From positions 93,868,001 to 93,932,000 of the forward strand of contig CM060731.1 in NCBI GenBank assembly GCA_030704615.1: a stretch of 64,000 nt of DNA, in the 5' to 3' direction. Under the pieces are notes generated by a model. That model was given only the letters and a program-made list of their open reading frames with translations, did not search any database and was not told where the DNA came from. The position numbers and the translations under genes were made by a program. Within the stretch, counting starts at the first letter, position 1; the number at the start of each line of letters is the position of its first letter. This DNA is from Takakia lepidozioides (Eukaryota; Plantae; Bryophyta). Shown in pieces: positions 49,867 to 63,100 of the stretch.

Positions 49867-52800
49867 CTTGTTCCTTTTTCTCTTCACCTCACAAGTGCCC
49901 CCCCTTTTTCCCCACTGTATCAGAAAAATACGGCGAGGGCCGATGAAACGACCCTCGCCGTATTTTATGCCACTGTCGCCTCCTGTAGTCATCACCAATT
50001 TATTAGTCATGTTCATCCTTTATTCACACTTTTTCAGCATTCCAGGCACCTTCGGTTGAATGGAACTGCAAAGAGGAGTCAAGTGCTCTTTCCGAGGTAG
50101 ACTGCAGTAGTTAGCTTGTTTAGGTGCATCGCCTAAGGCCCTCAAATAATATCTAGTCAGTGCCTCCACTCTCACTCAACTGGATTGAGTGCAATAGGGA
50201 CTATTGCACGTGCCCATTGACTTCTGGCATCTTGAGTATGCCAACATTTGTTACTGATCTCCAAGTAGTAATCCAATTGAAGGGTGGAAGAGATTCTCGG
50301 ATCTGGTGTCTCATGAATGTTGCAGATCTTAAGTGGACTGTTCTGCTTTCCATTTCCTCTTCAGGGAAGGGTATGTGTAATAGGGAGGCCTTAAGAGTAG
50401 TTGCACCAAACTCACTTGATTGTTGATAGTTAGTCTAATATGATTTTGGGTCTTTAAGGTGGTTGGGCATGGTTGCATTTCGATCATTAGTCCATTCTTC
50501 TGATGTGTGTGCACGTGAGTTGAATCTCCTTTTTTCTTTCTCGGTGATGGGACCAGGCTCTAACCTACTCCAATGAGCTCACAGCATCAAAGATGAGAAA
50601 TTAGTCTAGGTATTCTGTCGGACTTTCAGTTTGTTCTTTCAGGCAAAAAACTAACACCTGGGCGCTTCGCAGCTTGGTCGGTATGGGTGGAGTCTTGGGT
50701 GCCTGCTGAAACACACCACCTCACCCACCCAAGGGTGGTCAAATTCCCATAGATGATTCCTTACTTGTTGCTGGATATGTGAGCTCCTTCTTTGGCCACT
50801 TCTACGTCACATGGGGAAGTGACGGCCATGCGTGGCACAGCGGGGTCTTGTACAGCTAAGATTGTCAGCGTTTTCCAACAGACGAAGCTGCATGAGGCCT
50901 GTCCCAAGGCTTAACTAACTAACATGCACACAACTGGAGTGGTTTGTACAAGGACACTGAACTCTCACTTCCACAGGGATGGATGGCGCAGATATGTCTC
51001 GAGATTTGTAAGTCTTGCACTTTCGTGTGTGTTTTGATTGGAATGTGGCCAGTCAAGTGTTCAGAGGCCGAAGCAGGGCCCCACCGTGTCATAATGTCTC
51101 TCCGGCTCCGTAAATCTTTGTCCGTAGTCACGTTCGAGGCAAGCTCCCCAAAGTGGGACCCAGGGCCTGGATCGCGACATTGCTCGCCCCCCAAAACCGC
51201 CTCAAGTGTAAAACCCTATTCAACCCTCACCTGGTCACCCATTGACCCTTGTTTCCCCCTTTCTGAGCCGTGTATAACTTATTATGTTCCTTTGAAAGCA
51301 AATGTCCAATGCACAACCTTCTGCTAAGTTACACGAATCCAATCCCCCTTAATGAAAAGCAAACAAATATCCCCCACACTCAAATGTGTGGCCAAACGTG
51401 AAGGTGATGATGGCGATACTGTGAAATCCCGCCGCAAGGGCCCACCAGACAAGTGAGGGACTGCGCCACCGCCCGGGCCCCGGCCTCAGCCTCCGCACCT
51501 GGCCCTTGTCTCTCTCTCTCTCCCTCCGCTCCACAGCGAACCCCCATCAAGTCTCACACATTCCCTCCCAGAATTGAAGAACGACACGCGAGCAAGCGAT
51601 GGGAGCACGCCATCAACAACACGTGGGTTGGAACTAGTTCGTCTACTTGTTCGGATATTGCGCGTGCAGTCAGCTACGCCTCCAGCTGGCTCCCGACTCA
51701 CTAATCACAGTCAGCTAACCCTGGTAGCCCAGTGTACGAGTTAAGGATGGGCGGAGTGATGATAGTCGTGGAAGCATGGGCGCGCAAGCTACTTTTTTAC
51801 AGTCCCAAGTAAATTCACCTAACTAGTCTCGCTAATTACCTGGCTCAAGCCAAGGTCCACACGCGCGGCGAAAGTGGGCAGAGGGCCGGTCAGCGAGGGT
51901 GGCAGGGCAGGCTGGCGCGGGCAGCCAAAAGCGCAGGCGGGCAAGGCCAGCGAGGCCTGGCCTCGCACGTGGAAAGCGTAACTCAGGGTAGCTGTCTGAA
52001 CTAGACTCCTATTAACTCCACCGATTAGTGAGTGGTTAGTGAGTGTTGCTTGTGCGGTTATTGAAGGGTAGGGTGATTAGGGGGAAGTAGGAGGGACCTG
52101 CGGCCATAAAGGCGGCAGGGTGCGCAGCTTTGTTGTGATATATCGCGGTCAGCGGGGCGCTCTGACGGAGTGATAAAGCGGTGGTCGGTGACGCCGTCAA
52201 CGGACGGCGCCGGCGCTCCACTCCTCCCTTTGAAGTTTGTAAGTAGCTTGGCGTTGCAGCGTGATGTGATGATGCAGGGTGGGTGGGTGGGGCCTTATTG
52301 CTCTCATGGCTCGCAATGAGCAATGGCGAAGAGGGAGGTGGGTGGTGTTGCTATCTCGCATGTCCGCAGGGGAGGTATCAAGCGGCCCAGAAGCGAGCAA
52401 GTGAGGAGTGACGGTAGTGGAGAGGTTGAGGAGAGGACGCCGAATGATGTGTGAGTTCAGGTCCAGCGTGCGTCATTCTCTTACTTTCTGACATAGGATC
52501 GGAGGCCGAAGGGTGGTATGTGACACAAAAGCCAAGGAATTGGCACGTGCTAGAGAGCAGGGGTAGGGCTCACAGGGCAGTCCACTCAATGCCTCTCACT
52601 TTTATTAGTCTCTCGCTAATGATGCATCTCACTCGGAGATGGGTTCTGATGCGATGTGTATTGTATGTTATGTTCTCTCAATTTAATCCATTTTGTTTCA
52701 AATTTATTATTCTGAGGCGTAGGGTGTAGGTAGTGGACATATTCGATTCCAGCAGACCTGAGATCTGTGAAACGTATGTGATGCAGGGTTTTGAGCTATT

Positions 52801-53258
52801 CAGTTTAGTTTTTGAATAAGAACTAGTCGCTAGACATGTGATACAGTACAATTAATTACCAATTACCATGTGAAACTTAATGGCTTCCACATCCGATCTG
52901 TATCAAGAAAACATTTCTCCTGTCAAAAATTCCCATGTTCAGAAAGTATGTGCAATGAACCTTGTTCATCAGGCCACTCTTGCTGCATGCAATAGATCGA
53001 ATTTGCAGAGAGCCCCATCACCCATGATATGAAGCCCTGTATGTCCAAAATATTCCTATTGAGTTGTTCAGGAGACTTCTGTGCAACATGATTGCCAGAG
53101 GAACTCCAATTTGTCACCAAGCTCCATGTGGCATCTCTGAGCAAACCAGATATATTATTGTAAACAACTCAACTTCTTGCCATGTCACTGGGAGACCCTT
53201 CAGAAGTTCTTGCTTAACCATGTTTGGAGACGCCTCAAAAGCCAAAATTTTCAATTCT

Positions 53259-56200
53259 CTAAGTTTCTGCCACATCAGCTTGCTCACTTTCTAAAGCCTC
53301 TGCTCTGGTACTGTCCTGTAAGGTTGCTGCAAGCTCCATTGTGATTGGACAATGGTCACTGCCATAGAACCCTGCCAGCCCACCAAGGGATGTCAAACAC
53401 ATGACATACATAATCAAGGATTCCCTGTAAGTGTGTAGGATGGAAGTTGGTGTCAAAGTGAAAGTGGCCACCACATATTCATCATGCACGACACTAATGT
53501 GTATCACGTGACCTCTATGCAACGTCGCCATTTCCAGTGTCCAACCACTGATGAAGCCACAGTTACATGCATTTGAAGCTAGCTTGACAGAAGATAAAAC
53601 AATGTGGTTTTCAAAGAGAGGTCACAAACCTTCCTGTTCAATGCCATGGCCATGTACATTGCTGCTAATGAGATAGCCAAGCAGTTCACGAGACAACAGA
53701 AAGTAATCAATCCTCATGCACTTTCCACGATACCTGACCAAAGAAAGACATCAAGTGGGCCTCTAGCACCATAATAGGTTCCCAGTCCACTGGAATGGTT
53801 CACAGATCACCACAACCTCTAACCTGGTTTTCTGGAGGGTAATGATCCAACATCTAAGAAGTCACCTGTCGGACATTACCCAGGCACTAATGACATTTGT
53901 ATTCAATATCACGTGACATACCCATGCATCGGAGATGGCTCTGTAAGATCAAGGAGCCCTGCTGCCATGCCTCACGATCACAAAAGACTTGCTAGTTAGG
54001 GATATGCATGGTCATCGAGGCTGTGGCATACCAAAATATCTCCAGTTTTTGAGATAAAATGTGATGTTACTAAATGCACACAGAATCCAGACATTTCCTG
54101 TGGTTATGCATTATCCTAAGAATCCCTCAAGGAATGGAAATGTCCATGCACCTCCACGAGAGGCTATATCTCCACATGAAAGTCAATGACCAAAGCAATA
54201 AATTCTTCTAGCTGGCCCTCTTTGCACAATGAGTAAGATTAATGACTCTATCAATAATTCATGAGTTGTGCAGTTGTACACATCACAATTCCAACTGGTG
54301 GGCTGTGTGGCTTGTAGATGATGGAAAATGCCTGATAAGAGGCCACGCTACTTCCCCAAGAGCTTGTACAGCCCTATTGCAAAGTAAAAGTTTGGGACAG
54401 TTTTCACCACCTGTAAAATACTCATGCAAAAGACCATGCTGGCTCACAAGCATGGGAGAAGAGCATACTTTCCAACAGGATTCCCTGACCAAGTGAAGCC
54501 GGAGTCAAACTCTTGTTCCTTGTGCAACCATCTATATGTATCGACCAGATTGCCCCTGCTTCCACCAACCCCAGACATTGCACGGATGGAGTTTGAGCAC
54601 CTTTTCCATTCCAATGGGAACAATATCGTACCAATCCACAGGCCTACACTGGAATTCACCCTATATAATCAATCGAGGCGCAGGGGGGCTCACATCCATA
54701 GAAAGGGTTCTGAGTTCATACAACTGACCTGTCCGACGGGGGTTCAGAATCAGACATAAAGGGGTCTAATAAACAAACTCCCATGGGCCACTTTCTTCTG
54801 CATTCCCCAGAGAAGAGAAAGAGAAAAAAAAGAGAGGTACTCTATAACCATATGAGTGGTCCCAAGGGCTCATGGAACAAGGTAGACAACAAGAAACCAC
54901 TTGGAAAAAACACCAAACATAACTTTACGAGGGTGCCTCATGCAGGTAAGATGTCACACACTTCAGTACCCCAAGTAAGAGAGCAGAAGAAGAGATTTAT
55001 CGTGGATGCCTAGAACGTCCATGGGACAGAAAAGAGAGCAAGAGAGAACCTACTCTTGGACATTCCTTGCAGACATTGGCCATGACACAGACTTGAGGGC
55101 ATAGTCCCCAGTATGCCACCATTCCCCTGAACTGGTTGTGGGCTTCAGGGCATGTGCGAGAGTACCCGACATCATATCAGGAAGGGCGAGGTTCATTCCA
55201 GAACTGCTGTACTAACCCTATACCTGGATACGGGGGGCAATTGGGGGTGTGCTTGAATATTTCTTACACTGATACTGGGAACTCAAAGAGCTTATGGGAC
55301 AAAGGAAGATAGACCTACGCCATGTCCAGTGGAAAGAGCTATTGGGTGCATCAAAGTGGTCTTCCATTGATTGGTTAGGAAGAGTAGAAAAGATTCGAAA
55401 TCGCAGAATATAGAAAAGACAAGGAGCAGAGAGAGGGAGAGAGACCAAAGAGAATCTACTCCACTCAGCTTCACAACATATTTCATACATGGGCAGCAAC
55501 GCAAGACGCACTCTGATAAACACTGAGAGAAGCGCTGCCTCTCATTAATGGTGAACCCTGGCTGCCCACAGTCCTGCGCCCAACAAGAAGCTCAGGGCAT
55601 TTTTAGAACTGGAGCTCCGAGGGGCATCTCTTGTGGAGTGTTTGTAATCAAAGCTCTCCACCCTGATCCCCTTATGAATCAGCCAAGTGAAGAACAAGTG
55701 AGAGGTTAAAAGTGCACCTTGGCATTGGGAGGAGTGTAGCCCTGTTGTTTGGCATTATGGAAGAAGTCAGGATGGCTCACATCAATGTCCTCATGACTGC
55801 ACCCGCAAACAAATCAATCAAATCACATTCATCTATGGACAGATACATTTTCCATCATGTAAAATTCTTCTTTCTATTGATCGATTACAATGTGCAATAT
55901 CTTCCTCAAAGAAAAACTCATTGCTACCCTGAGATATCCAACCTGACATTAAGGTCCCCGCACCAAATGAGGGGCTTCTTGAGAGATTGCTTGACAAAAT
56001 CCAGCATCCGACGGTCCCATGCTCTGCGTCGTACAAACCCTAACTCCTCGTCCTTCCACCCATTGTTTGGTACATATGTGTTGAGCAAACAGAAAGACTT
56101 AAACTCAGCCAGTATCACTCTCCCGTCTGGTTCATGCTTCACTGCACCATTCTCTGCGGAAGGTGCCCCATGATAGATCTCTGGGTTACCCTCGGCCTCA

Positions 56201-57919
56201 GCCTTCTTGCAGAAAGTCATTTCCTCCACACACAGAGTAGGCGAGGGGAAAATCAACAATGCACAAGCTGATAGCTGACTTGAATGTCCTATTTTCACCA
56301 ACCCCTATCTTGTGTGGAGCTGCAAATTTCAATCACCAAAACTCAGCCAAACCCTAAGTTTTCGGCTGAAAGAAGTCCTGAGAGCACTTTGCTGAAATGG
56401 AAAGCAGGTTTCTGTGTATGCTCCTCACAGATCTAGTAAACCTAAATTTTCATAAATCTGGAGATCAGTAGCCTCCGCATGACACATGCACAAAATCACC
56501 CACAAACCAACAAATGGTGTATGTGTTAATCAAGGAGAACCTGGCTGATCAAGGGAGAAAGAGACAGTAACTGGTGTGCAGCAGTGCTTCACAAGGAGAG
56601 CAGTTCCACTGTACTTGCTCTCGGCCAACGACCACCAAACACCATACTCTGAAAGTGGTGACACTGACAGGGCACGCATCATCATCTGTTCCCATGAATT
56701 CACGACCGTCGACCCACCACCCCCTGGTGTCTCTTACATTAGTAGTTCCATACACTTTTTTCAATGGTGCAATCTAAATGCCCACCACAGAGACTGCAAG
56801 TGCAACCAAAGGCAAGGAAAGCATACAGTGTAACTCAATTCGACTTGTACCGAAACTTCACTAATATGCATGGCCTTCCTAAGTGTGGAACTAGGACCGA
56901 ATACTCTTTTCATATCACTTAAAACTGCTTCCAGTTGCGTGAGTGGCGAACTTCGAGCTTTTACATTTTCATGAACCATCAATGATGACTGTTCGCTTCA
57001 GAACTATGCAAGGGGCTCCTTTATAGTGGATATCAAAACAACTAAAACATATCGACCACAAACTTGTTTATCTTCACGTGCCGACGTTGTATCATCTTTC
57101 ATTTCAGCCTGGTTCTTTGGTTCTCCCTTTCGCCCAGCTGCTGGTAGACGGACCTCCTGTTCTCCAAACCATGGAACGACATTCCATCTTCAACACCAGG
57201 ACTGTACTAGCACCTACATCTTCACTTAAGGCACTGCATGTCTGGGTACAATGGTGGTAGGACTTTCTCTAAATTTATGCCCGAAGTGCAGCTTTCGGGC
57301 AGATTGTTCACTGATGCTTGGATGACCACAAACATGGCAGGAGGTTAGACATGACCCACAATTCCCGGATTCCAGCTCCTGTGAAGGTAGCTGAAAGCTG
57401 ACTTATGATACATCGTGCACCAGACCACAAATTTGAAACGTTTGAAAGTACCTAATGTCCAATGTGAATCATAGATGCCAGGATTCGCTTCTCTGAAATA
57501 AATTGCTTGACAACTTGCAACTGGGTGCAGTGAATTGCATGCAACGTGGGTGGCTGGAAGCCTCCAATTTGTCATGGCTGCAATAGTCACGCACCCTTGA
57601 CTACATTGTGGATTGATGAGCAGCCCAGATATTTGATAAAGACACTGAAGATCTCATCCGAATCAAATCGACCTACCGAAAAAGGACATACCTGGATGGC
57701 AATGACGTCAGGATCCAGGCGGCGAAGCAGGCTCACCACCTCATCGCGGTTGTTCTTTAGTCGCAGCAAGAAGCTATTAGCATTCCAGGACATGAATTTG
57801 GCTGGCTCCCGTTTCTGGGGTTGTGCACAGCCATCAGCAGAAGGCAAGTCCTCCCCACGAGAGGGCGCCAGTTTCTTGAAGGAGCCATCGCGCTCCACAG
57901 CCTTGAAGAAACGCTTCAT
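53259..57919 (-). CDS. APE1L: DNA-(apurinic/apyrimidinic site) endonuclease, APE1L-type (ExoIII/Xth family)
   Basis: Nine exons: 57919-57692, 57156-57064, 56685-56541, 56153-55943, 55796-55718, 55573-55512, 54555-54469, 53733-53630, 53371-53259. Motifs: MKRFFK, SWNANS, DVIAIQEVR, HEPDGRVI, NTYVPN, WCGDLNVSH, RIDYF, GSDHCP. Confidence 0.95.
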
Positions 57920-58338
57920 GCTTCCTGCAAACAGTCCGACAAACCTTTGTTATGCACGCACACAGGCTTTCCACCTGTGGAATAGGAAGAATGTGGTGGG
58001 TACTAGGCCACAGTCACGATTGCCATCGTAGGGATGCCCAGCTTCACCGCCCACACACCCCTGGAGCTTGATTGTGGCATATCAAGTTGTTCACAGTCTT
58101 CGGAACATGTTTTGTGCCCCAATTTACTAACACGGACATACAAATGCACGCGTTTTCTCATCAGACTACGCTACTAAGCATAAGGAAAACTAGAAAGGCA
58201 TCTGTTGGATGCTGGACTGTGTTCATACACCGAATGAGTAAAGGAGATGCCTCACGTCCAGTCCACGTGAGCAAGACCGTTTAGTGGGGGTGTAAGATAC
58301 TGTTTTTTTTGTATTCATTTGTGGGCTTTTTCTATTCT

Positions 58339-58382
<44 letters not shown>

Positions 58383-58430
58383 CTGTTTTGTGGGTTTTAG
58401 TTATTAAGATATTTTACACTACCCAACTTA

Positions 58431-58924
58431 GAGCATCCCCACCCTTCTCATTGAATGGCCCCTCTATAGCTATTGTGAAGCTATTGTGAAGGGGTTGGTT
58501 CAGGACTCTTGAAAGGTGTGTGAAGGGGTCGGCTGTTCGTAGCCACACCCTTGCCCCTCGTTACGCCCTTGTATCCTATGTTCCCGCCTTGTTGGAGTTT
58601 CCAGCTATGTTCTCATATCACGTTCGGGACCCCACCGCCTGCCCCCACCGCCTGCCTTCACTGTCGATGCACAGCAGCTGGATTGGAAGCGAGAGGCTGG
58701 GAGGTGCGCTCTGACATATCCCTGGCGGGACGACTCGGTTCAGGAACGGGTTTAGGAGACTGAATATCGTGCACGGATTCATTGAAAGAGAGGCGGTTCA
58801 ATGTCCGCCCTTAACGGCGTATACGGTAGCAGGGCAAGGGTGTGGTACGTTTGGAGGCAAATTTGAACCTGTATACGAGAAGTACGGGTGCAGGGGTCCA
58901 TAGAGGCGTAGAGTGGGGATGCTC
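58431..58924. mobile_element. PIF/Harbinger (Tourist-like) MITE
   Basis: 12-bp perfect TIRs GAGCATCCCCAC...GTGGGGATGCTC, with a TTA target-site duplication on both sides. Confidence 0.85.
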
Positions 58925-58927
58925 TTA

Positions 58928-59195
58928 GGCTCTGGCAGTGCATGCCTGCTAAGCTCGTCAGCATCCCGGGCGGGACTCCCGCACCCCCAGAGAAAACTTC
59001 TAATGACCCTCACAGGGGCAAATGATTGTCCAATTCTCCCCCCAAGATTATACGCATTCAGTAACCGGTTGACCCATGTACCCCATTTTGATGGGTTTAA
59101 GCTATCATGGTTGACATGCAACATACACCTTGTGTGACTTCGAACCCACGACCATTTGTAAGGCAGCCTTGTGCCCTAACCATTGGGCCATCTAT
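58928..59195 (-). mobile_element. Putative tRNA-derived SINE (head at 59131-59190; 3' extent uncertain)
   Basis: Minus strand tggcccaatggttagggcac...gtgggttcgaagtcac contains Pol III A- and B-box-like motifs at tRNA spacing, but no complete cloverleaf. Confidence 0.45.
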
Positions 59196-59554
59196 TAGAT
59201 GCTTCGATCTTCACAATATGAACTCAGGGTCTTGATACCGCTGCAAAGCCCTAGATGATCCAGCCGGTTTCATAATTCTTGGACTTACGCAATGGAGGGG
59301 CCAGATATGGACTCTCCAAAAGGCGGATTCGCCCTACTCCCTGCTCATAAGGGAGCCATCTCTACCGGCCCACCACTATGATTTTCGCCACATCCTACAT
59401 CCACTATAGCCAACTCTATAGCCCACTCTCTAGTTCTACCATTAGTTTGGGATGGAGGCAGATTAGTTTTGGATACGAGGAGGTCGCAGCTCCAATGACG
59501 CAATGGCGTGAGCCTTGCGCGTGAGCGCGCGAGCGTACGCTCACGCAGGAGTGA

Positions 59555-59636
59555 CGTGGCGTGAGCGTGATGTAAGCAGGCTGATGTGGCGGCAAATGCT
59601 GACGTGGCCCTGCGCTGTCATCTGCCACGTCAGCAT
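59555..59636. promoter_or_regulatory. Cluster of TGACGTGGC (G-box/ABRE-like) motifs forming a 13-bp-stem inverted repeat, probably TE subterminal sequence
   Basis: atgctgacgtggc (59596-59608) and gccacgtcagcat (59624-59636). Confidence 0.4.
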
Positions 59637-60142
59637 GAACATGCGCCGCCTATAACCGAGGATGGTCCTATGACCGTGGGAATAATGAAGGGAATCCTTG
59701 GCTGAATACAATAAAGACTACCATGAGGCCTACAATTGCAGCATCCAACATTGTGCAATTACAAATGTTTGTTTCACTTTTATAATTACAAGGGTTTGAA
59801 ATATCCTCACAAAGTGTGCGCCATAGAGGCTGCAACAGGAAGACCTTGCTCCCTCCCCAAATAACAATGAGAGTTAGGATCATCTTCAAAAGATGGTTGC
59901 AGTGCATAGCGACAGGAAGACATGTACACTTTGAACGGTGCAATGATGAATGTGCTTTTAAAAGTTGCCACTCAGAGCTCACTCAGTATAGTTGGAAGGA
60001 TAATGGAGGGATAAGGGACGCCATATCATTGCACCGCCGACGATGTTGCAAACGAATTGATTTGAATTGAATTTCCATGACAATGTTGCAAATTACACAT
60101 TTCATAGCATGATCGTCCATATACCACATGGCATAGTTGATG

Positions 60143-63100
60143 CTACCTATATGTTGTATCCCGCTGCAATAGAGTATCGACCTCGTTGAAACTCAGAGTG
60201 GCATGGTGAACGAAGTTGTCACGTTTGGGATCGCAAGCCATCCTCTTCAAAAATACGAAATACAAATGTTTGCAGGGTATGAATTTACCTCTCTTGCCCA
60301 AACTGGTTGATAGCATATTCACAAAATCAGGACATGTGCAATTGGGAAAATTGGAAACCGTGATGTCGTATGCCCTATCATGAACAACAGATGTCGAAGT
60401 GATCATTGTGTACACCCGACCATATCCTGGATCGGGCACTTCCGTGGTGCTTGCAACACGAGCTTTGAGCATTCTTGCGGACTCCACTTTACCGAAGTGT
60501 TCAGCGGTTGGAGGGAAACCCCGAACCAGCTTTCCATCTCGTTTGGTTGGCCACAAGTGAGGATTTGCCGGGGGGACTCGAGAGGACGCAGAAGTAGAAA
60601 CACATGTATGTAGTAGGGGTTGTCTCACAAGGGAAAAGCCTGCCTCCTCTAGCATTGCAATCTCCTGACTTGTGAGATGTGTTCCCACCTTGACGGGCCA
60701 AACGGTTGGAGGAGCTGGCTTCATCACCACAGAAGGACGCACAGTTCCATGCATACATCTACCACAATCGTCTGTGCAGAACCAGAACTTGTGGTTCTTT
60801 GCTTCTGGTTGGCCGTATGGACGCATCAAACCCGTGAAAGTCGGAGCAGGAGTCCGGGCACCGCCTCTGGATATAGATGAAGTGCACTTCTCGAAATTAG
60901 TTGCCCTGATCGCTGTACATTTCACACGAGACCCTGCACTTGTGCGTTCTATGTACCAAACGTGGTCGGGGCATGCGGACTCCAACACATCAAGGGGGTA
61001 GTTTCTCTCCTGCACCATTACAATGGCACTTGCCGTCGAGTCGGAGGTTCCTCCAGAATGGAGGTTCCGGACATGGATCTGCCATGCACGGGAACACGAG
61101 GCTTCGAGAAGTTATCACGGTCTGCCTTGTGCGAATCGGAATCCGAACCAGGTGGGGTGTTCAATTTCCTCTTACATGAGCCGAATCTCTCATCCCCTTC
61201 AAGATGTGAAACTCTAGAAACAAGTGGCGTTCCCTGGGCATACATGCTCACCGCCCGTGCTATCTTGCTTGGATCCCCAGATCTGTTTGCAGCACGCAAC
61301 ATCAACTCCTGTTTGTCCGGACCCTTGCCACCAGCCCCTCCTCGCAAGAAATCACGGTATCTGGTTTGTTGTTGCAAGGCACGTATCAGATCATCTGTTG
61401 TTGCCACATACAAATCCCGACCTCGTTTCCCAGACTGTTGCAACCATGCATTGTGCACAGTCTCTGCCAAATTGCAAGATGGCATGTCCGTCATTTTCTC
61501 AATGGACATGTTCTGCAAAGAGAAGAACCACACTTCAAAACAGTGCACAGGGAACAACATAAAGAAAGCAAGGAGAGCAAAATTTGGAAAGTAAATGTAT
61601 GAATAAAGCTAGCAATACAAGCCTCGCACCATTGTCATGGCTGCTCCCCACTGTCTGTACCGGAAGTGCCAAAACGCCAGCCAATCTTCCAATGCTCTCA
61701 TACTCTCAAGCGATGCAGCTCCAGAAGAGAACCACCAAGCACGAATTGTCTGGAACAAAGTGTCCGCCTCCTTCATTGTTCTAGCATCTTTGTACTCTTT
61801 GCACAATTTACGGTGTTGTGTCTGCATCTCTGGTTTGATGTCCGATTTTGTATGTTTCTCCAAAGATTGTGTCCAATGGAATAGATATGTACGCTCTCTT
61901 CCCAGCATTGGCACTTTTGGGTCGCCTGATCCGAAGACAATTCGAACTACATTGAAATTCGCCTGAGCAGTATCTGCCATAAAACCAGCGAAATTTGGAG
62001 ATGGCACCCCATGGCAGCCCATAACACATACAAGGGAATTCCACATGAGCTTCTGGGATTCCGTATCCTCGGATTGCATATCACAAACTGCAATTGTCAT
62101 AACTCGTTGGTACACTGGATCGTACACATGACAAGCCATTGTCGTCCAATCTTTCACTCGTTTCACATGATCAAACATAAGAAAACAATTTTGCAGGTCC
62201 CCAGTCTTCTGCATCCGCTTCACGAGGCTAACCCCACTATCCTCCCCAGCAGTCGACATTTTGAAAAGAAAAACTTTGATGACACCTTGACCTGGAAAAA
62301 CATTGTCCTGGATGTAGTCGTACATGATCAGTCGTTTCAATTCCAAAATGTTGTCTATATAGCCTCTGATCCCAGAACCCATTCTCAATGCATTGATCTG
62401 ATGCCGAATGTTAGGTGAACTCAACGTGGAGAAATGATCCATGACAACGTCGAGTGCTGCACCGTCAAGTTTAGTCCCCATAGAATCCCCTTCACTCAAA
62501 ATATGGCTTTCCAAGAAGGACTTGTTTGCGCCAAGAGCAATTGCGGATGTTGTTGCGAATGGGTTTCTCTTGTACTCCTGTTTAATCAACCTCGATACTG
62601 TCTCAACACTCTCCCTGTAATCCCCCTTCGAGACATGATGGTTATGGAAACCGAAATGCACACAAGCTCTTGTCATGGTTTTCAAACGGTGGACAACATA
62701 GTACATTCTTGCTCCACACAGCGCCAGGCAGGTTGGTACTAGTTTGCAGAATTTGCAAACAAAAGTGGTTTCCGCTGGAGGAGCAGACCCAGGCTTAAAT
62801 GGATTTTCCGCGAGACCCTCCCACTCGCTTTGATTGTGACCCCCAGACTGAAGAAAGTGTCTGCAATTCAAATTATCACACCTAAGGTGTCCATTGCAAA
62901 CTGTTCTCCTGAAAACAAGCTTGTCCTCATTTTGAATATTGGATGTTTTTGTTCTGCACCATGGGTGCCCGTCGTGTTTCTTGTCCATTCCGTGCATCAT
63001 GCTTGTTATACCTCCAACTCGCGGAGGAGGAGGTAGCTCGAATAGGATATCCCCATCAAAAGTCTCTGGCAGGAACTTCGCAGGCACCTGCTTCAAAGCT

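Noticed and set aside
53585-53600. miR156/157-like sequence ttgacagaagata
   Set aside because: Only 13 nt match, inside an APE1L intron, with no hairpin partner seen.
53716-53724. APE1L GKCMR instead of GKRMR as a sign of RNA editing or pseudogenisation
   Set aside because: Single substitution in a nuclear gene; catalytic motifs and splice phases are intact.
59131-59190. Functional tRNA gene
   Set aside because: A/B boxes are present but there is no convincing acceptor or anticodon stem; treated as SINE-like.
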